A stretch of DNA of 63,851 nucleotides, filler included, from Octopus bimaculoides (Eukaryota): assembly GCF_001194135.2 (NCBI RefSeq). It is 8 parts of 7 records of this genome, joined end to end, with 100 filler letters (N's around TTAATTAATTAA, not from the genome) between each part and the next. Parts side by side here need not be neighbours in the genome. Positions count along the whole stretch, not along the records: positions 1 to 24,487 come from NC_068986.1; positions 24,588 to 35,873 come from NC_068998.1; 6 more parts are not named here. The stretch is one strand, 5' to 3'. Below, piece after piece: positions 13,385 to 26,430 of this stretch. Each line of letters starts with the position of its first letter. The first letter of the stretch is position 1. The notes beneath the pieces were generated by a model. That model worked only from the letters and a program-made list of their open reading frames with translations. It was not told where the DNA came from and did no database searches. A program made the translations under genes and the position numbers.

Positions 13385-13900
13385 TGTTCTTACGATGTCC
13401 CTGGATAACTAACCAGTAATATTTCATGATGTTAGTGGAAGTTTCAGTCGTTTCAACAATCAAGTACCCCAACTGAGGCGTCCCAGCAATGGTTGATAAA
13501 GATCCACTTTGTGTCCAGTTGCCAAAAGCCCTTCCAGGGTTCATCTCTCCTGATCCAGATCTTTGTATTTCTTTTAGTGTCTCTAGTCAAACGTCTTCCC
13601 CACTGATATCTGATTTGAGACACAGTGATTTGATATGTGTAGCCAAAAAGACCATCTTTTTTTTTCTATATTGAGATACATTTACTAAAAGACGATCTCT
13701 GATTAATACCTCAAAACCAACCATTTACAACATTTGTTCCATCACGCCGATGGATCGGCCTTAAAGTCCTTTCAGCTTGAATCACTTGGGCCGATCAATC
13801 GGTCTGGGTGTCCCAAGAGGGTTGATACTTCTTGCATACTTTTGCTTCGCATGCTTCTTTGTTTCATAATCTATTCTACAAAGACCCAAACAATTTTTGG
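13385..13900 (-). mobile_element. Probable REL-type (HERO/R2-group) LINE 3' end, highly decayed
   Basis: Broken frames EACEAKVCKKYQ.. / FLATHIKSLCLKSDISG..LKEIQ / KIWIRRDEPWK resemble the REL C-terminus (EA.E.K..KY ... WLW.RR..W). Recognition from memory only. Confidence 0.4.
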
Positions 13901-13989
13901 AATTCACCCGTAATATTCATGTGTCTGCCATCCTAATAGTAAGGCCTAGTAGAATCCATAGGGCATGGCACAAAATATCTTGTATTGCT

Positions 13990-14090
13990 TTTAGAGTTCA
14001 AAATCCAGCTGTGGTCAACTTTAGCTCTCAATCTTCCAGAGACTGTAAAAAAATATCAGTCAAGTACTGGATCCGATTGAATTGCTTAAC
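13990..14090 (+). mobile_element. Degenerate SINE family B fragment
   Basis: GAGTTCAAAATCCAGCTGTGGTCAACTTT...TCAGTCAAGTACTGG resembles 60510-60600. Confidence 0.55.
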
Positions 14091-14454
14091 CGCATCTCTC
14101 CGATATTTTGGGGTTTGTGCATATGTTAAAAATGCTTATTTTTATCAGGTCAATATATGTCGTCCCAGATTATCAATTGTAGGGAGTTCTTTCATACTGT
14201 GTTAGATTCGAATGGCGAATTTAAAGTACCTTTAATTTTAAGTGGTATTTCGGAGTGAATTTTTTAATTCTACCTGTCTTGCATCATTATTCTTCTAAAT
14301 CTAATTATAAAAATGTTATTTTATCAATTCAAATACTGGTACCCATTTTGTTGTCTCTTTGTGGGAGTAGCAATAAATAAATTCACGCGCGTGAAATTAC
14401 ATATATGTATATATATACATACATATATATATATGTATATATATGTATACATAT

Positions 14455-14523
<69 letters not shown>

Positions 14524-14640
14524 TATGTAAATTTGTGCTCATTCATGTACATACACACGCAACAATGTGTGTTGGAATGTGGGTATATAGGCATAAGCAC
14601 ACATACATACGCAAACATATAAATCATATCATGTGTGCAT

Positions 14641-14779
<139 letters not shown>

Positions 14780-14914
14780 GTGTGATATACATATATACAC
14801 ACACATGTATATATTTTATATACATAAATGTATGTATATATATATATGTATGTATGTATACGAACATATAATAAATACATATATGCATATATAATTTGAT
14901 AGATAGGTACGTTG

Positions 14915-14929
<15 letters not shown>

Positions 14930-14991
<62 letters not shown>

Positions 14992-14997
14992 CAGATA
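14930..14997. repeat. (GATA)n microsatellite
   Basis: Tandem GATA; others at 24040-24150, 61738-61780 and 63810-63851. Confidence 0.95.
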
Positions 14998-15424
14998 TCC
15001 TTTTTTTATATTTTCCTTATCTAAACCAGTGTCTGCAGTTTAATTATTTAATTATCTTGTACAATGTGGTTTGCAAAGAAGATTTATGAGAATGGAACGG
15101 GGATTGTTAAATCGTAAGGTGTAGCTACCTTTTAGTTGGGCAAATAAATCTATTCGTAAGACTTCCTGGGTAGAATACAGGTGGCGCCAGTGATCTCATT
15201 ACACATTTCTTCCTCCGCTTTTTTTTTTTTTCGCCTTTATATAATTTTATGATTATATATCTTTCGAGTTTTCATTTTATTATTATTTTTTAAAATCTTA
15301 CGTGGGAATTATCGAGCTGGGTTTAGGTTTTAGCGGGTGACGGATTCTGTAAATTCGGTTCAATTCCATTTGTTGCATCTTCTCTTTTGCGTTTTACGTT
15401 TTTTACCTATCGGACTGTTTGCAT

Positions 15425-16163
15425 GGTGGGCTCTGTCTTGAAGGGCGTAGTCGAACAAATCGACTCCAGTACCAATTTTCTTAAGCCTGGTACTTATNNN
15501 NNNNNNNNNNNNNNNNNNNNNNNNNNNNNNNNNNNNNNNNNNNNNNNNNNNNNNNNNNNNNNNNNNNNNNNNNNNNNNNNNNNNNNNNNNNNNNNNNNNN
15601 NNNNNNNNNNNNNNNNNNNNNNNNNNNNNNNNNNNNNNNNNNNNNNNNNNNNNNNNNNNNNNNNNNNNNNNNNNNNNNNNNNNNNNNNNNNNNNNNNNNN
15701 NNNNNNNNNNNNNNNNNNNNNNNNNNNNNNNNNNNNNNNNNNNNNNNNNNNNNNNNNNNNNNNNNNNNNNNNNNNNNNNNNNNNNNNNNNNNNNNNNNNN
15801 NNNNNNNNNNNNNNNNNNNNNNNNNNNNNNNNNNNNNNNNNNNNNNNNNNNNNNNNNNNNNNNNNNNNNNNNNNNNNNNNNNNNNNNNNNNNNNNNNNNN
15901 NNNNNNNNNNNNNNNNNNNTATATATATATATATGTATATATGTCTGTATATATATATATATATGTATGTATGTATAGCATGTATGGCATGCATATAGAA
16001 GATGGATTCTTTTAGTTTCCGTCTACCAGATCCTCTCACATGGCATTGGTTGGTTCAGGGTTATAATAGAAGACACTTGTCCAAGGTGCCACTCAGTGGG
16101 ATTGAACCCGGAACCATGTAGTTGGGAAGTAAACTTCTTTACTACACAGCCGCACCTGCGCCT
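15425..16163 (-). mobile_element. SINE family A, with an N-gap in its internal microsatellite
   Basis: 3' half before the gap and 5' head after it (..GAAGACACTTGTCCAAGGTGCC..ACACAGCCGCACCTGCGCC). Confidence 0.85.
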
Positions 16164-16984
16164 ATGTCGGGAAGTCATAGTCTCCGAGCCAATATGGAAA
16201 GTTCTACGTGAGCGCTTGACTTGCTAGAAATAACAGCTAAATCTCTCACAAATATCATCCTATCGTTCTTGAAAGCAAATTAGGGATTGCATATTGAGAA
16301 ATGTAGTCCAAGACAAATAGGTTGAAAAGAGATAGAATGTCTTTGCTCGTGGGTCTTTTTGATCATATCCTACATGGGTCTAAGTAGTTGAAATAGCATC
16401 AACTTCAGCAATGATAACGACTTAGGTCAGAGAACTAATGACGTACTAATTAGTTGTTCTCGTATCGTGTTTTAAAATTTTGATTTATTGTCTTCTTAAC
16501 TCCTTCAATAACTTTGTCCAATGTATTTGATAATTTTTCAGCATAAATTACAAAATAAACATAAATTATAATTTAGTCGAGTCACGATTACCAATCCATT
16601 GGACACCTCTAAAACGAATATATAACCAAGACTACGTGAATCGACTCAGTATTAGCACACAAGACATCGAGGATGGCTGCGTCTTCTCGTAAATCTCAGT
16701 GATATAAGTAGATTGACATTTTTTTTTATCTAGTATTACCAAAATTTTTATTGATCCATGCCAAAAATTAAGCATATTGAATGTTGAACTCTTTAAAAAT
16801 TTATTTAATATAAGTTATTTACCTGTATTTTGGTATAAACAGAAAATAAAAATTAAGAAGAAATTTAATAAAAGGTTGTTTATTTTATTCACATATATTT
16901 AATGCTATCATATACAAACTGTGTACAAGTCATGTGCTGTCAGTTAATAACTGATTAAAATTATATTTTGTTATATTAGTTTCA

Positions 16985-17090
16985 AATTTTGACACAAGGC
17001 CAGCAGTTTCGGGGTGAATTGATAAATCGATTATATCGACCCCAGTACTCAACTGGTACTTATTCTATCGATCCCAAAAGGATGAAAGGC
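16985..17090 (-). mobile_element. SINE family B 3' fragment
   Basis: ACAAGGCCAGCAGTTTCGGGG..CCCAGTACTCAACTGGTACTTATTCTATCGATCCCAAAAGGATGAAAGGC. Confidence 0.8.
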
Positions 17091-17159
17091 ATTTTGCCTG
17101 GTGTGTTATCGATTTGGCTAGCTCGCCGCCTTATGCATTTTGTTATATCAATTTCATTA

Positions 17160-17339
17160 CTCTTTTATTTGTTTCAGTCATTTAACTGCGGCTATGCTGG
17201 AGCACCGCTTTAGTCGAACAAATCGATCCCATAACTTATTCTTTTTAAGCCTAGTACTTATTCTATCGGTCTCTTTCGCCGAACGTTACGGGCTAGTAAA
17301 CACACTAGCATCGGTTGTCAAGCGATGTTGCGGGGAACA

Positions 17340-17371
<32 letters not shown>

Positions 17372-17555
17372 NNNNNNNNNNNNNNNNNNNNNNNNNNNNN
17401 NNNNNNNNNNNNNNNNNNNNNNNGCGGGCTTCTTTCAGTTTCCGCCTCACAAAGCTTTGGTCGGCCCGAGGCTATAAATGAAGACACTTACCCAAGATGT
17501 CTCGCAGTGGGACTGAATCCAGAACCATGCAGTTGGTAAGCAAGCTACTTAAGCC
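17160..17555 (-). mobile_element. SINE family A
   Basis: Reverse complement of 21343-21745; N-gap at the internal (TA)n. Confidence 0.88.
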
Positions 17556-17827
17556 TAGCTACATATGTGACTTTTTTCTAGACACCGTTTTTTGGCCTCG
17601 AAATGAAGAACATACTTTAAGTGGATGGATTTAAAATTCACTGTAAAGGTGCATAACAAAATCCCGTTACAGAATCATAGGAAAGGCGATAGCACGGATA
17701 TTTTCCATCGTAGCTTCCTGGTGACCTATACGTTGAGCGTGAAGAACACAATAAATTTTGGTAGACTCGAGGTAAGAAAAAAATTTGCCTGAGGTAATAC
17801 ATTATGGTATCGATAAATAAGTTGTTC

Positions 17828-18000
17828 TTTCTAATTTTGTGACGCGGCCAGCAATTCTGAAGGGAGGAGAAATCGATTACATGAATCCCTGTGCTGAACA
17901 GGCACATGTATTATCGTCCCTGAAGAAGATGATAGGCAAAGTTGACTTCGGTGGAATTTGAACTCAGCATGTGAGAAGCCGGGAAAAGTTGCCTGAAATA
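17828..18000 (-). mobile_element. SINE family B, diverged
   Basis: Similar to the adjacent copy at 18053-18260. Confidence 0.7.
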
Positions 18001-18052
18001 AATAAATAAATAAATAAATGAATAAGCAAATAAATAAATAAATAAATAAAAA

Positions 18053-18260
18053 TAATGGTTTCAAATTCTGGTACAAGGCCAGCAATCTCGGGGGAAGAGG
18101 AAGTCGATTATCGACTCCAATGCTCAAAGTAGTACTTATTTTATCGACCCAAGAAAGATGAAATGCAAAGTCGATCTCGGCGGAATCTGAACTAAGAACG
18201 TAAAGACAGACGAAATGCCGCTAAGCAGTACGGTAACGATTCTGCCAGCACACCGCCTTC
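18053..18260 (-). mobile_element. SINE family B, near full length
   Basis: Reverse complement of 60441-60660. Confidence 0.88.
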
Positions 18261-18278
18261 TTAAATACGTTACATAAA

Positions 18279-18385
18279 TAATATAAACAACAATGATATC
18301 GAAGATGAAAAATTGGTAATAGGTGTGAATGGAACATACACCCATTACCCATTTTTCATCTTCGAGCTCTTTGATGTTTATATTA
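18279..18385. other. 107-bp imperfect hairpin (tiny MITE or pre-miRNA-like)
   Basis: Inner arms TCGAAGATGAAAAATTGGTAAT / ATTACCCATTTTTCATCTTCGA (21/22), extended by TAATATAAACA / TGTTTATATTA. Confidence 0.75.
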
Positions 18386-18623
18386 GGAGTATTCGGATAT
18401 GAAATGTTATAAGCAATCAGTGCTGGCTATAATTTCTATGGAAAACCTGTAGAGATAACCTTAGTAAGTGATTTAATAGCCCTGCTAACACAGAAGAACA
18501 ACGTTTTGAATTATAAAGTGTTTAATATATTCTGTAGTGTATAATAGTTGCATAACGAAATATGGTGTCGCTTCAAGTCATTGATATGTACGTGCCATCT
18601 GCCGGCAATGTGTTTAAATAAAT

Positions 18624-18812
18624 AAGGCGGTGGACTGGCTGAAACGCTAGCACGCCGGGTGAAATGCTTAGTGATATTTCGTCTGTCTTTACGTACTAAG
18701 GTCGACTTTTCTTTTCATCCTTTCGGGGTCGATAAATTAAGTACCAGTCAATAAATTAAGTACCCACCACCAAAAAAAAAAACATTTCTGGCCTTGTGCC
18801 TAGAGAAGAAAA
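18624..18812 (+). mobile_element. SINE family B with internal deletions
   Basis: AAGGCGGTGGACTGGCTGAAACG..CATCCTTTCGGGGTCGATAAATTAAGTACCAG..CTGGCCTTGTGCC. Confidence 0.85.
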
Positions 18813-18990
18813 GAAAAGAATGTGTTTAAATAAATAATAAATAGTTAAACTATAATGTCATTAGTTCGATTTGCTCTTTCTCGTCTTCATAAAAACATAT
18901 GTTCAGTCAATTTGTTGATGTTTAAGCTCTGAGCCAACTTTGATCGAATAGACCAATGATCAAAGACTTTCTAGCCATGACCATGCCGTG

Positions 18991-19021
<31 letters not shown>

Positions 19022-20326
19022 ACTCAAACACGTTGGAACTTAGGACTAAATCAATAATGTTATCATTCTTAAGAGGATCTGAAAGCGAATTAGTTGCTAT
19101 TTTTAGCATCTCAATACAACAGTGTGCAGGCATCTTCGTTGTCTTTCATTAATGTTGCTCTATTCCTTTGCTTCTTTGTATGTCCTTTTTTTTTTCTTTA
19201 ACCGTATAAACGATAACGATTGATATATATAGACAAGCAAAAATACGACGGCGATCGGTCATTTGGTATAAAAATCGTGTTATAAACTAATAAAAAACTA
19301 CGAGAACAAAAGGATAAGAAGAAAAAATATCAGAATTAAAAACAACGACTTTTTAGTAAGACTTATGTATCTATCGCTTCCTTACTATTGATCTTTAAAA
19401 AGACTGGATTTCATGAGATAAAGTAATATGTTAGGCTTTTATCGGATAAAGACTTGTTTAAAGTCGTCTGTATGAATGAAGATGATACAGAACATGCGAC
19501 AGAAAATCATGGAATGTTCTCGTTAAATCCCCCATCAAACAAACATATATCACCAAACTCAGTTGGCATTTCATCATCTTATTTGTAATCCTTCAGCTTA
19601 ATGGTCTCATGTTACTTGAGGTTTTCATTCCCAAACAGGAGTTGGTGAGATGTAGAGCACGAAGCAAAGCCGACACAAGACTTCTCTCATTCGTATTGGG
19701 TTTTGATGTTACGCAAAAACTGACTGACTTAATCACACATGCATACAAACAGACACGCACCACCCACATTTATGTTCATGCGCTTACAGCATTTTCCACG
19801 AGCAAAACGGAATTTAGAAGTGTATGTCAGCAGAATTTAGAAGTGTATGTAAGCGTCATTTAAGATATATCATTGCATATGTATGCGCAGGCATGTGTGT
19901 GTGTGTGTTTGTATGTGCATATGGCTTGCGGTTGTGTGTACACATATGCTAGTAACAAGATATAGTACTCAATACAAACGGTGCAGCGAAATATTTCCAG
20001 ACTGGCTGAAGGAGTTCTTTTAAAAGTTCTTTTAGTGGTCATACATTATGATTCCAAGTTTCTAATTGGATTTCAATAATCATCAAGCGAAAGGCTACCA
20101 GAGCATACCAATAATTTCGGTCAGATGTAAAATCTCTTTTAAATGGCTGTCAAAATGTTCCGTATTGCATGCCTGTGATAAAATGAAGGTGGGGGAGCAT
20201 AGCGCATTATATATGGATGTTGATTGTTAGAAATCAATGGTTTTCCTTAGTCTGTGTAAATGTGATAAACATGAAAAACTTACTAAAAATGCTTTGGAGT
20301 GTTAAGTATACTGATATTGGTAAGAG

Positions 20327-20366
<40 letters not shown>

Positions 20367-20849
20367 ATCGACCAGGCTGTCAGATATTGTAACACATCGT
20401 TGGTCACACTGCACATGTGCATTGTTTNNNNNNNNNNNNNNNNNNNNNNNNNNNNNNNNNNNNNNNNNNNNNNNNNNNNNNNNNNNNNNNNNNNNNNNNN
20501 NNNNNNNNNNNNNNNNNNNNNNNNNNNNNNNNNNNNNNNNNNNNNNNNNNNNNNNNNNNNNNNNNNNNNNNNNNNNNNNNNNNNNNNNNNNNNNNNNNNN
20601 NNNNNNNNNNNNNNNNNNNNNNNNNNNNNNNNNNNNNNNNNNNNNNNNNNNNNNNNNNNNNNNNNNNNNNNNNNNNNNNNNNNNNNNNNNNNNNNNNNNN
20701 NNNNNNNNNNNNNNNNNNNNNNNNNNNNNNNNNNNNNNNNNNNNNNNNNNNNNNNNNNNNNNNNNNNNNNNNNNNNNNNNNNNNNNNNNNNNNNNNNNNN
20801 NNNNNNNNNNNNNNNNNNNNNNNNNNNNNNNNNNNNNNNNNNNNNNNNN

Positions 20850-20906
<57 letters not shown>

Positions 20907-21342
20907 AAACACACATACATATACATACATATATACATATTTCATTTTTGTTGAGCTTAGCAACTTCTTAGAGTAGAGTGTCCAACTTTTCATTGGTGAC
21001 AAGTAACTTGTTCAACTATATCAGCTTCGTATACTACTTCATGCTGCACAAAACCTCTTCCCTAATTCAGCCTGGGGACTTTTGTATAATACGTGTCATT
21101 TCTTATGTGATGCAATCAACATTTTGTTAATAATTTTCTGGATTTTGCAATTAGCTTATTTCTTTTCTTTCAGATCTCTATTATATTCCATTTTATCAGA
21201 GCGATGCTGTAGTTTGGTGGCGGCATAATAAAATCCTCTCAGCCAGCTGCGGTATCTCTGTTTCCCTCGTAATTTTCAGGTTAATATTTTTAAAGTCGAC
21301 ATGGGTGCACACAACTAATGCGGATTATATATGAAATATATA

Positions 21343-21500
21343 TAGGAGTAGCTGTGTGGTAAGTAGCTTGCTTACCAACCACATGGTTCCGGGTTCATTC
21401 CCACTGCGTGGCACCTTGGGCAAGTGTCTTCTACTATAGCCTCGGGCCGATCAAAGCCTTGTGAGTGGATTTGGTAGACGGAAACTGAAAGAAGCCCGTC

Positions 21501-21546
<46 letters not shown>

Positions 21547-21745
21547 TTATGTTTGTGTGTCGCTTGACAACCGATGGTAGTGCGTTAACGTCCCCGTAAC
21601 TTAGCGGTTCGGCAAAAGGCCCGATAGAATAAGTACTAGGCTTCTAAATAATAAGTCCAGGGGTCGATTTGCTCGACTAAAGGCGATGCTCCAGCATGGC
21701 CGCAGTCAAATGACTGAAACAAGTAAAAGTAAAAGAAAAGTAAAA
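21343..21745 (+). mobile_element. SINE family A, full length with TSD
   Basis: Complete head, internal (TA)n and 3' half; GAAATATATA duplicated at 21333-21342 and 21746-21755. Confidence 0.93.
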
Positions 21746-21820
21746 GAAATATATAGACTCTACTCTACATCTGTTCTGAGGAATCAGTCTTGCTTCGTGT
21801 CAATATTTTAAAGTTCTAAA

Positions 21821-22022
21821 GCATTGGTTTTCAACCGGAGTCCACATGATCTATTAAAATTTACTTGCAAACGATTGGTTACACACAAAGTTCAACAATT
21901 TTTTATACATTTACTAATAATATTAAATTATAAAAATATAATAGGATTTTTTTAACACGATATCCAGTAGAGTAAACTAGCAATTCAAGAGGTCCATGAG
22001 CAGAAAATGGCTTGGAACCGAT
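21821..22022. mobile_element. Possible hAT-type MITE, degenerate
   Basis: Left end CATTGGTTTTCAACC..GTCC and right end GGTCCATG..AAATGGCTTGGAACC resemble CAGTGGTT..AACCACTG termini; TIRs imperfect. Confidence 0.4.
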
Positions 22023-24042
22023 ATTTTAAATAAATATGTGGATGCGCTAAACGTTCGTAAGCACATATACGCACATACATATATATTTGTGTGTATATAG
22101 ATATACATATATTTATACGTAGATAAGTATATTTGTGTTAGGGATGCAAATGTGTATATAGATGCGTTTTGAAATACGTGCGTATATACTTACGCAGGTA
22201 TGTATGTTCTCTTCGTTTTACTTGAGAGTAAATTTTGACCGGTCGACTACTTAGAAGCAAGGTTGTGACGGAAAGCATCTTGTTTTGCTCATCATTTATA
22301 AAATGTTTGTCTTGCAGATTTCTATGGTCTAGATCAGTGCTGTGTGTATGTATGTATGTATGTTTGTATGTATAAATGCATATAGGACTGGTCAGCCCGA
22401 GGTAACAGTAAAAAGACATGCCCAATAAGCGAACATCTCCACACATTCATGCACGCACACGCCCATAATCACACACGTAGATATATATATACATNNNNNN
22501 NNNNNNNNNNNNNNNNNNNNNNNNNNNNNNNNNNNNNNNNNNNNNNNNNNNNNNNNNNNNNNNNNNNNNNNNNNNNNNNNNNNNNNNNNNNNNNNNNNNN
22601 NNNNNNNNNNNNNNNNNNNNNNNNNNNNNNNNNNNNNNNNNNNNNNNNNNNNNNNNNNNNNNNNNNNNNNNNNNNNNNNNNNNNNNNNNNNNNNNNNNNN
22701 NNNNNNNNNNNNNNNNNNNNNNNNNNNNNNNNNNNNNNNNNNNNNNNNNNNNNNNNNNNNNNNNNNNNNNNNNNNNNNNNNNNNNNNNNNNNNNNNNNNN
22801 NNNNNNNNNNNNNNNNNNNNNNNNNNNNNNNNNNNNNNNNNNNNNNNNNNNNNNNNNNNNNNNNNNNNNNNNNNNNNNNNNNNNNNNNNNNNNNNNNNNN
22901 NNNNNNNNNNNNNNNNNNNNNNNNNNNNNNNNNNNNNNNNNNNNNNNNNNNNNNNNNNNNNNNNNNNNNNNNNNNNNNNNNNNNNNNNNNNNNNNNNNNN
23001 NNNNNNNNNNNNNNNNNNNNNNNNNNNNNNNNNNNNNNNNNNNNNNNNNNNNNNNNNNNNNNNNNNNNNNNNNNNNNNNNNNNNNNNNNNNNNNNNNNNN
23101 NNNNNNNNNNNNNNNNNNNNNNNNNNNNNNNNNNNNNNNNNNNNNNNNNNNNNNNNNNNNNNNNNNNNNNNNNNNNNNNNNNNNNNNNNNNNNNNNNNNN
23201 NNNNNNNNNNATATATATATATATATATATATACGCATATATGAATATTTATAAATGTATATGTATATATATGTGTACGTGTATATATAGTATATGTATA
23301 TATATATATATGTATATATATGTGTATATATACATATATATATATATATGTATATATATATATGTGCATTTGTATATATATATATGTATGTGTGCATGCA
23401 TATATATTCATATATCTGATAAATATATAGTATATATACGATACACACACACACACACATATATATATTTATGTATGTATGTATGTATGTACGTATGTAT
23501 GTGTGTATGTCTGTATGCATGTATATATGTTCGTGTCTAATTACAAATAAAAATTGATATGAATGAACTAATTTTTAACTACCAATCAGTTCAAAAAAGG
23601 TCTAAACACAATAATCCTACCTCCGCCTTCACCACCAGAAGCAGCAACATGAAGAAATAAAATTATGGAAACCTCTAAAGACATCAGCAACAACTTGGAA
23701 TGTTCTTGGCATTTTACACCGTTTCAACAGATTTTGTAGAGTTATCATTAAAAGATGGAAAATGAACAGCAAAGAAAATAAACAAAACATATTTCAACTC
23801 ATATTTTACACAAAACAAGGCCGTTTACATTTACACCCGCGGGATCTGAAAGGTGAATCACATTCATACAAACGCACGCACACGCACGCACGCACGCACG
23901 CACGCGCGCACACACACACACATACTCGTGCGCACGCACATACAAACGCGCGGAAATTGTGTGTGTGTCTGTCTATATGCATGTATAGGTAAATGTATGT
24001 GTGCTTGTATGTATGTATGTATGTATGCATCTATGTATGTAC

Positions 24043-24106
<64 letters not shown>

Positions 24107-24114
24107 CGGTAGAC

Positions 24115-24150
<36 letters not shown>

Positions 24151-24450
24151 GCGTACGAGTGTGTAATTGTATGTGCTTGTATTTCGCTCCTCATTACAGA
24201 AAAAAAAACAATTATACTATGAAGCAGTTGACATCCATATATATGTGTGCAAATGTGTGTGTCTATGTATTTTGCATGTATGTATGTTGGTTTATAAATG
24301 TGTGTGTGTGTGCGTGTATGTATACTATATGAATACATGCGTGTGTTTGATATTGAGCTGGGAAAAAGCTTGTGCCATTTCACGGCCAAACATACATATT
24401 ACATTTATTAGTACTCAAAAACTCTTGTACTTTCACCCTATGTATTCACA

Positions 24451-24487
<37 letters not shown>

Positions 24488-24531
24488 NNNNNNNNNNNNN
24501 NNNNNNNNNNNNNNNNNNNNNNNNNNNNNNN

Positions 24532-24543
24532 TTAATTAATTAA
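24532..24543. other. Assembly placeholder TTAATTAATTAA inside an N-run
   Basis: Identical 12-mer inside 100-bp N blocks here and at 35918, 42267, 48606, 53162, 57365 and 61682; gives a stop in all six frames. Confidence 0.95.
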
Positions 24544-24587
24544 NNNNNNNNNNNNNNNNNNNNNNNNNNNNNNNNNNNNNNNNNNNN

Positions 24588-24641
<54 letters not shown>

Positions 24642-26224
24642 GAATTAATCATGCAACACCCTTTCTTAGACACAAGGTCTGTTACCTTTCATACGCGTCG
24701 GTTCCTTCCATTTCCCCCTGCGATCCTAAAAATTTCCCTTTTCCAACAGAACGCACTCTTAATGTACGCCAGGTTGGCGTTCACGTCGGAGGAGAACTTT
24801 CTCCACGGAAACATACGATAACATCACGTGCCTGTTGCTATTAGCAACTGGAGAACAAATGCCAGATATGAAGTGACCCTTAAATAATATATTACAGTCA
24901 CCAAAACATATTTATAATTGAGGTATTTTAGGGGACGTGACGGTGGGGGTCTGCTAGGAGCGATATGGTGAGTCTAACAAAGCGAAAAATGAAAATTCTC
25001 CTGTACGTGGAAAGCCATGTTCTTCATAGAAGCGTTTCGCGTTGGAATGGTTTGATTAATGAATGCGTTCATGGTGTCTTTGTTAAGGCGGCACGCTGAT
25101 AGAATCGTTAGCGCGTAGCACAAAATGTAGATTCATTATTTTTCTTTTTGCCTACGTGAAAAAGTGTGTTACTGTCTGGGAGATCTCTATGGTAGCAGAA
25201 AAGGCATTTTAACTCCTATTTCTAAATTCGGTGCGTGGGGAAGCAATTAGCTGCCCCCTGATTATAATTATGTTTATAATTATAGAATATTTGTAAATAT
25301 ATATATATATATATATATATATANNNNNNNNNNNNNNNNNNNNNNNNNNNNNNNNNNNNNNNNNNNNNNNNNNNNNNNNNNNNNNNNNNNNNNNNNNNNN
25401 NNNNNNNNNNNNNNNNNNNNNNNNNNNNNNNNNNNNNNNNNNNNNNNNNNNNNNNNNNNNNNNNNNNNNNNNNNNNNNNNNNNNNNNNNNNNNNNNNNNN
25501 NNNNNNNNNNNNNNNNNNNNNNNNNNNNNNNNNNNNNNNNNNNNNNNNNNNNNNNNNNNNNNNNNNNNNNNNNNNNNNNNNNNNNNNNNNNNNNNNNNNN
25601 NNNNNNNNNNNNNNNNNNNNNNNNNNNNNNNNNNNNNNNNNNNNNNNNNNNNNNNNNNNNNNNNNNNNNNNNNNNNNNNNNNNNNNNNNNNNNNNNNNNN
25701 NNNNNNNNNNNNNNNNNNNNNNNNNNNNNNNNNNNNNNNNNNNNNNNNNNNNNNNNNNNNNNNNNNNNNNNNNNNNNNNNNNNNNNNNNNNNNNNNNNNN
25801 NNNNNNNNNNNNNNNNNNNNNNNNNNNNNNNNNNNNNNNNNNNNNNNNNNNNNNNNNNNNNNNNNNNNNNNNNNNNNNNNNNNACATACATACACACATA
25901 CTACAAACATACATACATACACACATACATACATATATACATACGCGCATGCATACATACGTACATACATACATACATACATACATACAAACATACATAC
26001 AAATATACATACATGCATACAAACATACATACACACATACACATACATACATACATACATACATACATACAGACAGACAGACAGACAGACAGACAGATAG
26101 GCAGACGTACAACACTCGTCCTTTTTGTTAGCCAAATTCCAGTGATGGAGTTTCTGTTCTTTGTTAGAAGCCAGCTCCTTCCTCACAGGAAGAATTCGAA
26201 CAATTAGAAAAGACTGTTACCATA

Positions 26225-26430
26225 GTAACGAAGCCAAATCACGCAGAGTAAAGCCGCTTTGGTGCAGATTGACCTTGAACTCTGCTGTGCATGCGCACCA
26301 AGTTTTAACTTCTAGCTTGGAAGGAACGTGTGTAGCGTGTGATCGTCGCATTGACCATGACAGAGAAAGTTGAGCAGAGAATCTCCATCAAATTTTGCCA
26401 AAAGCTTGGCGATACCTGCTCAGAGGCCAA
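26225..26430 (+). mobile_element. mariner 5' end fragment
   Basis: MTEKVEQRISIKFCQKLGDTCSEA, a mariner N-terminal HTH start. Confidence 0.8.

Noticed and set aside
19597-19644. Possible 48-nt exon LNGLMLLEVFIPKQEL (cag|...|gtgag)
   Set aside because: Splice signals are plausible but there is no recognisable homology or compatible neighbour; expected by chance in AT-rich DNA.
19810-19854. 23-bp tandem duplication
   Set aside because: Ordinary local slippage; likewise the higher-order (TA)n units at 27620-27745 and the 15-17-bp units at 62030-62085.
20250-20318. Possible 69-nt exon (tag|...|gtaag)
   Set aside because: One open frame, unrecognised, no supporting exons.
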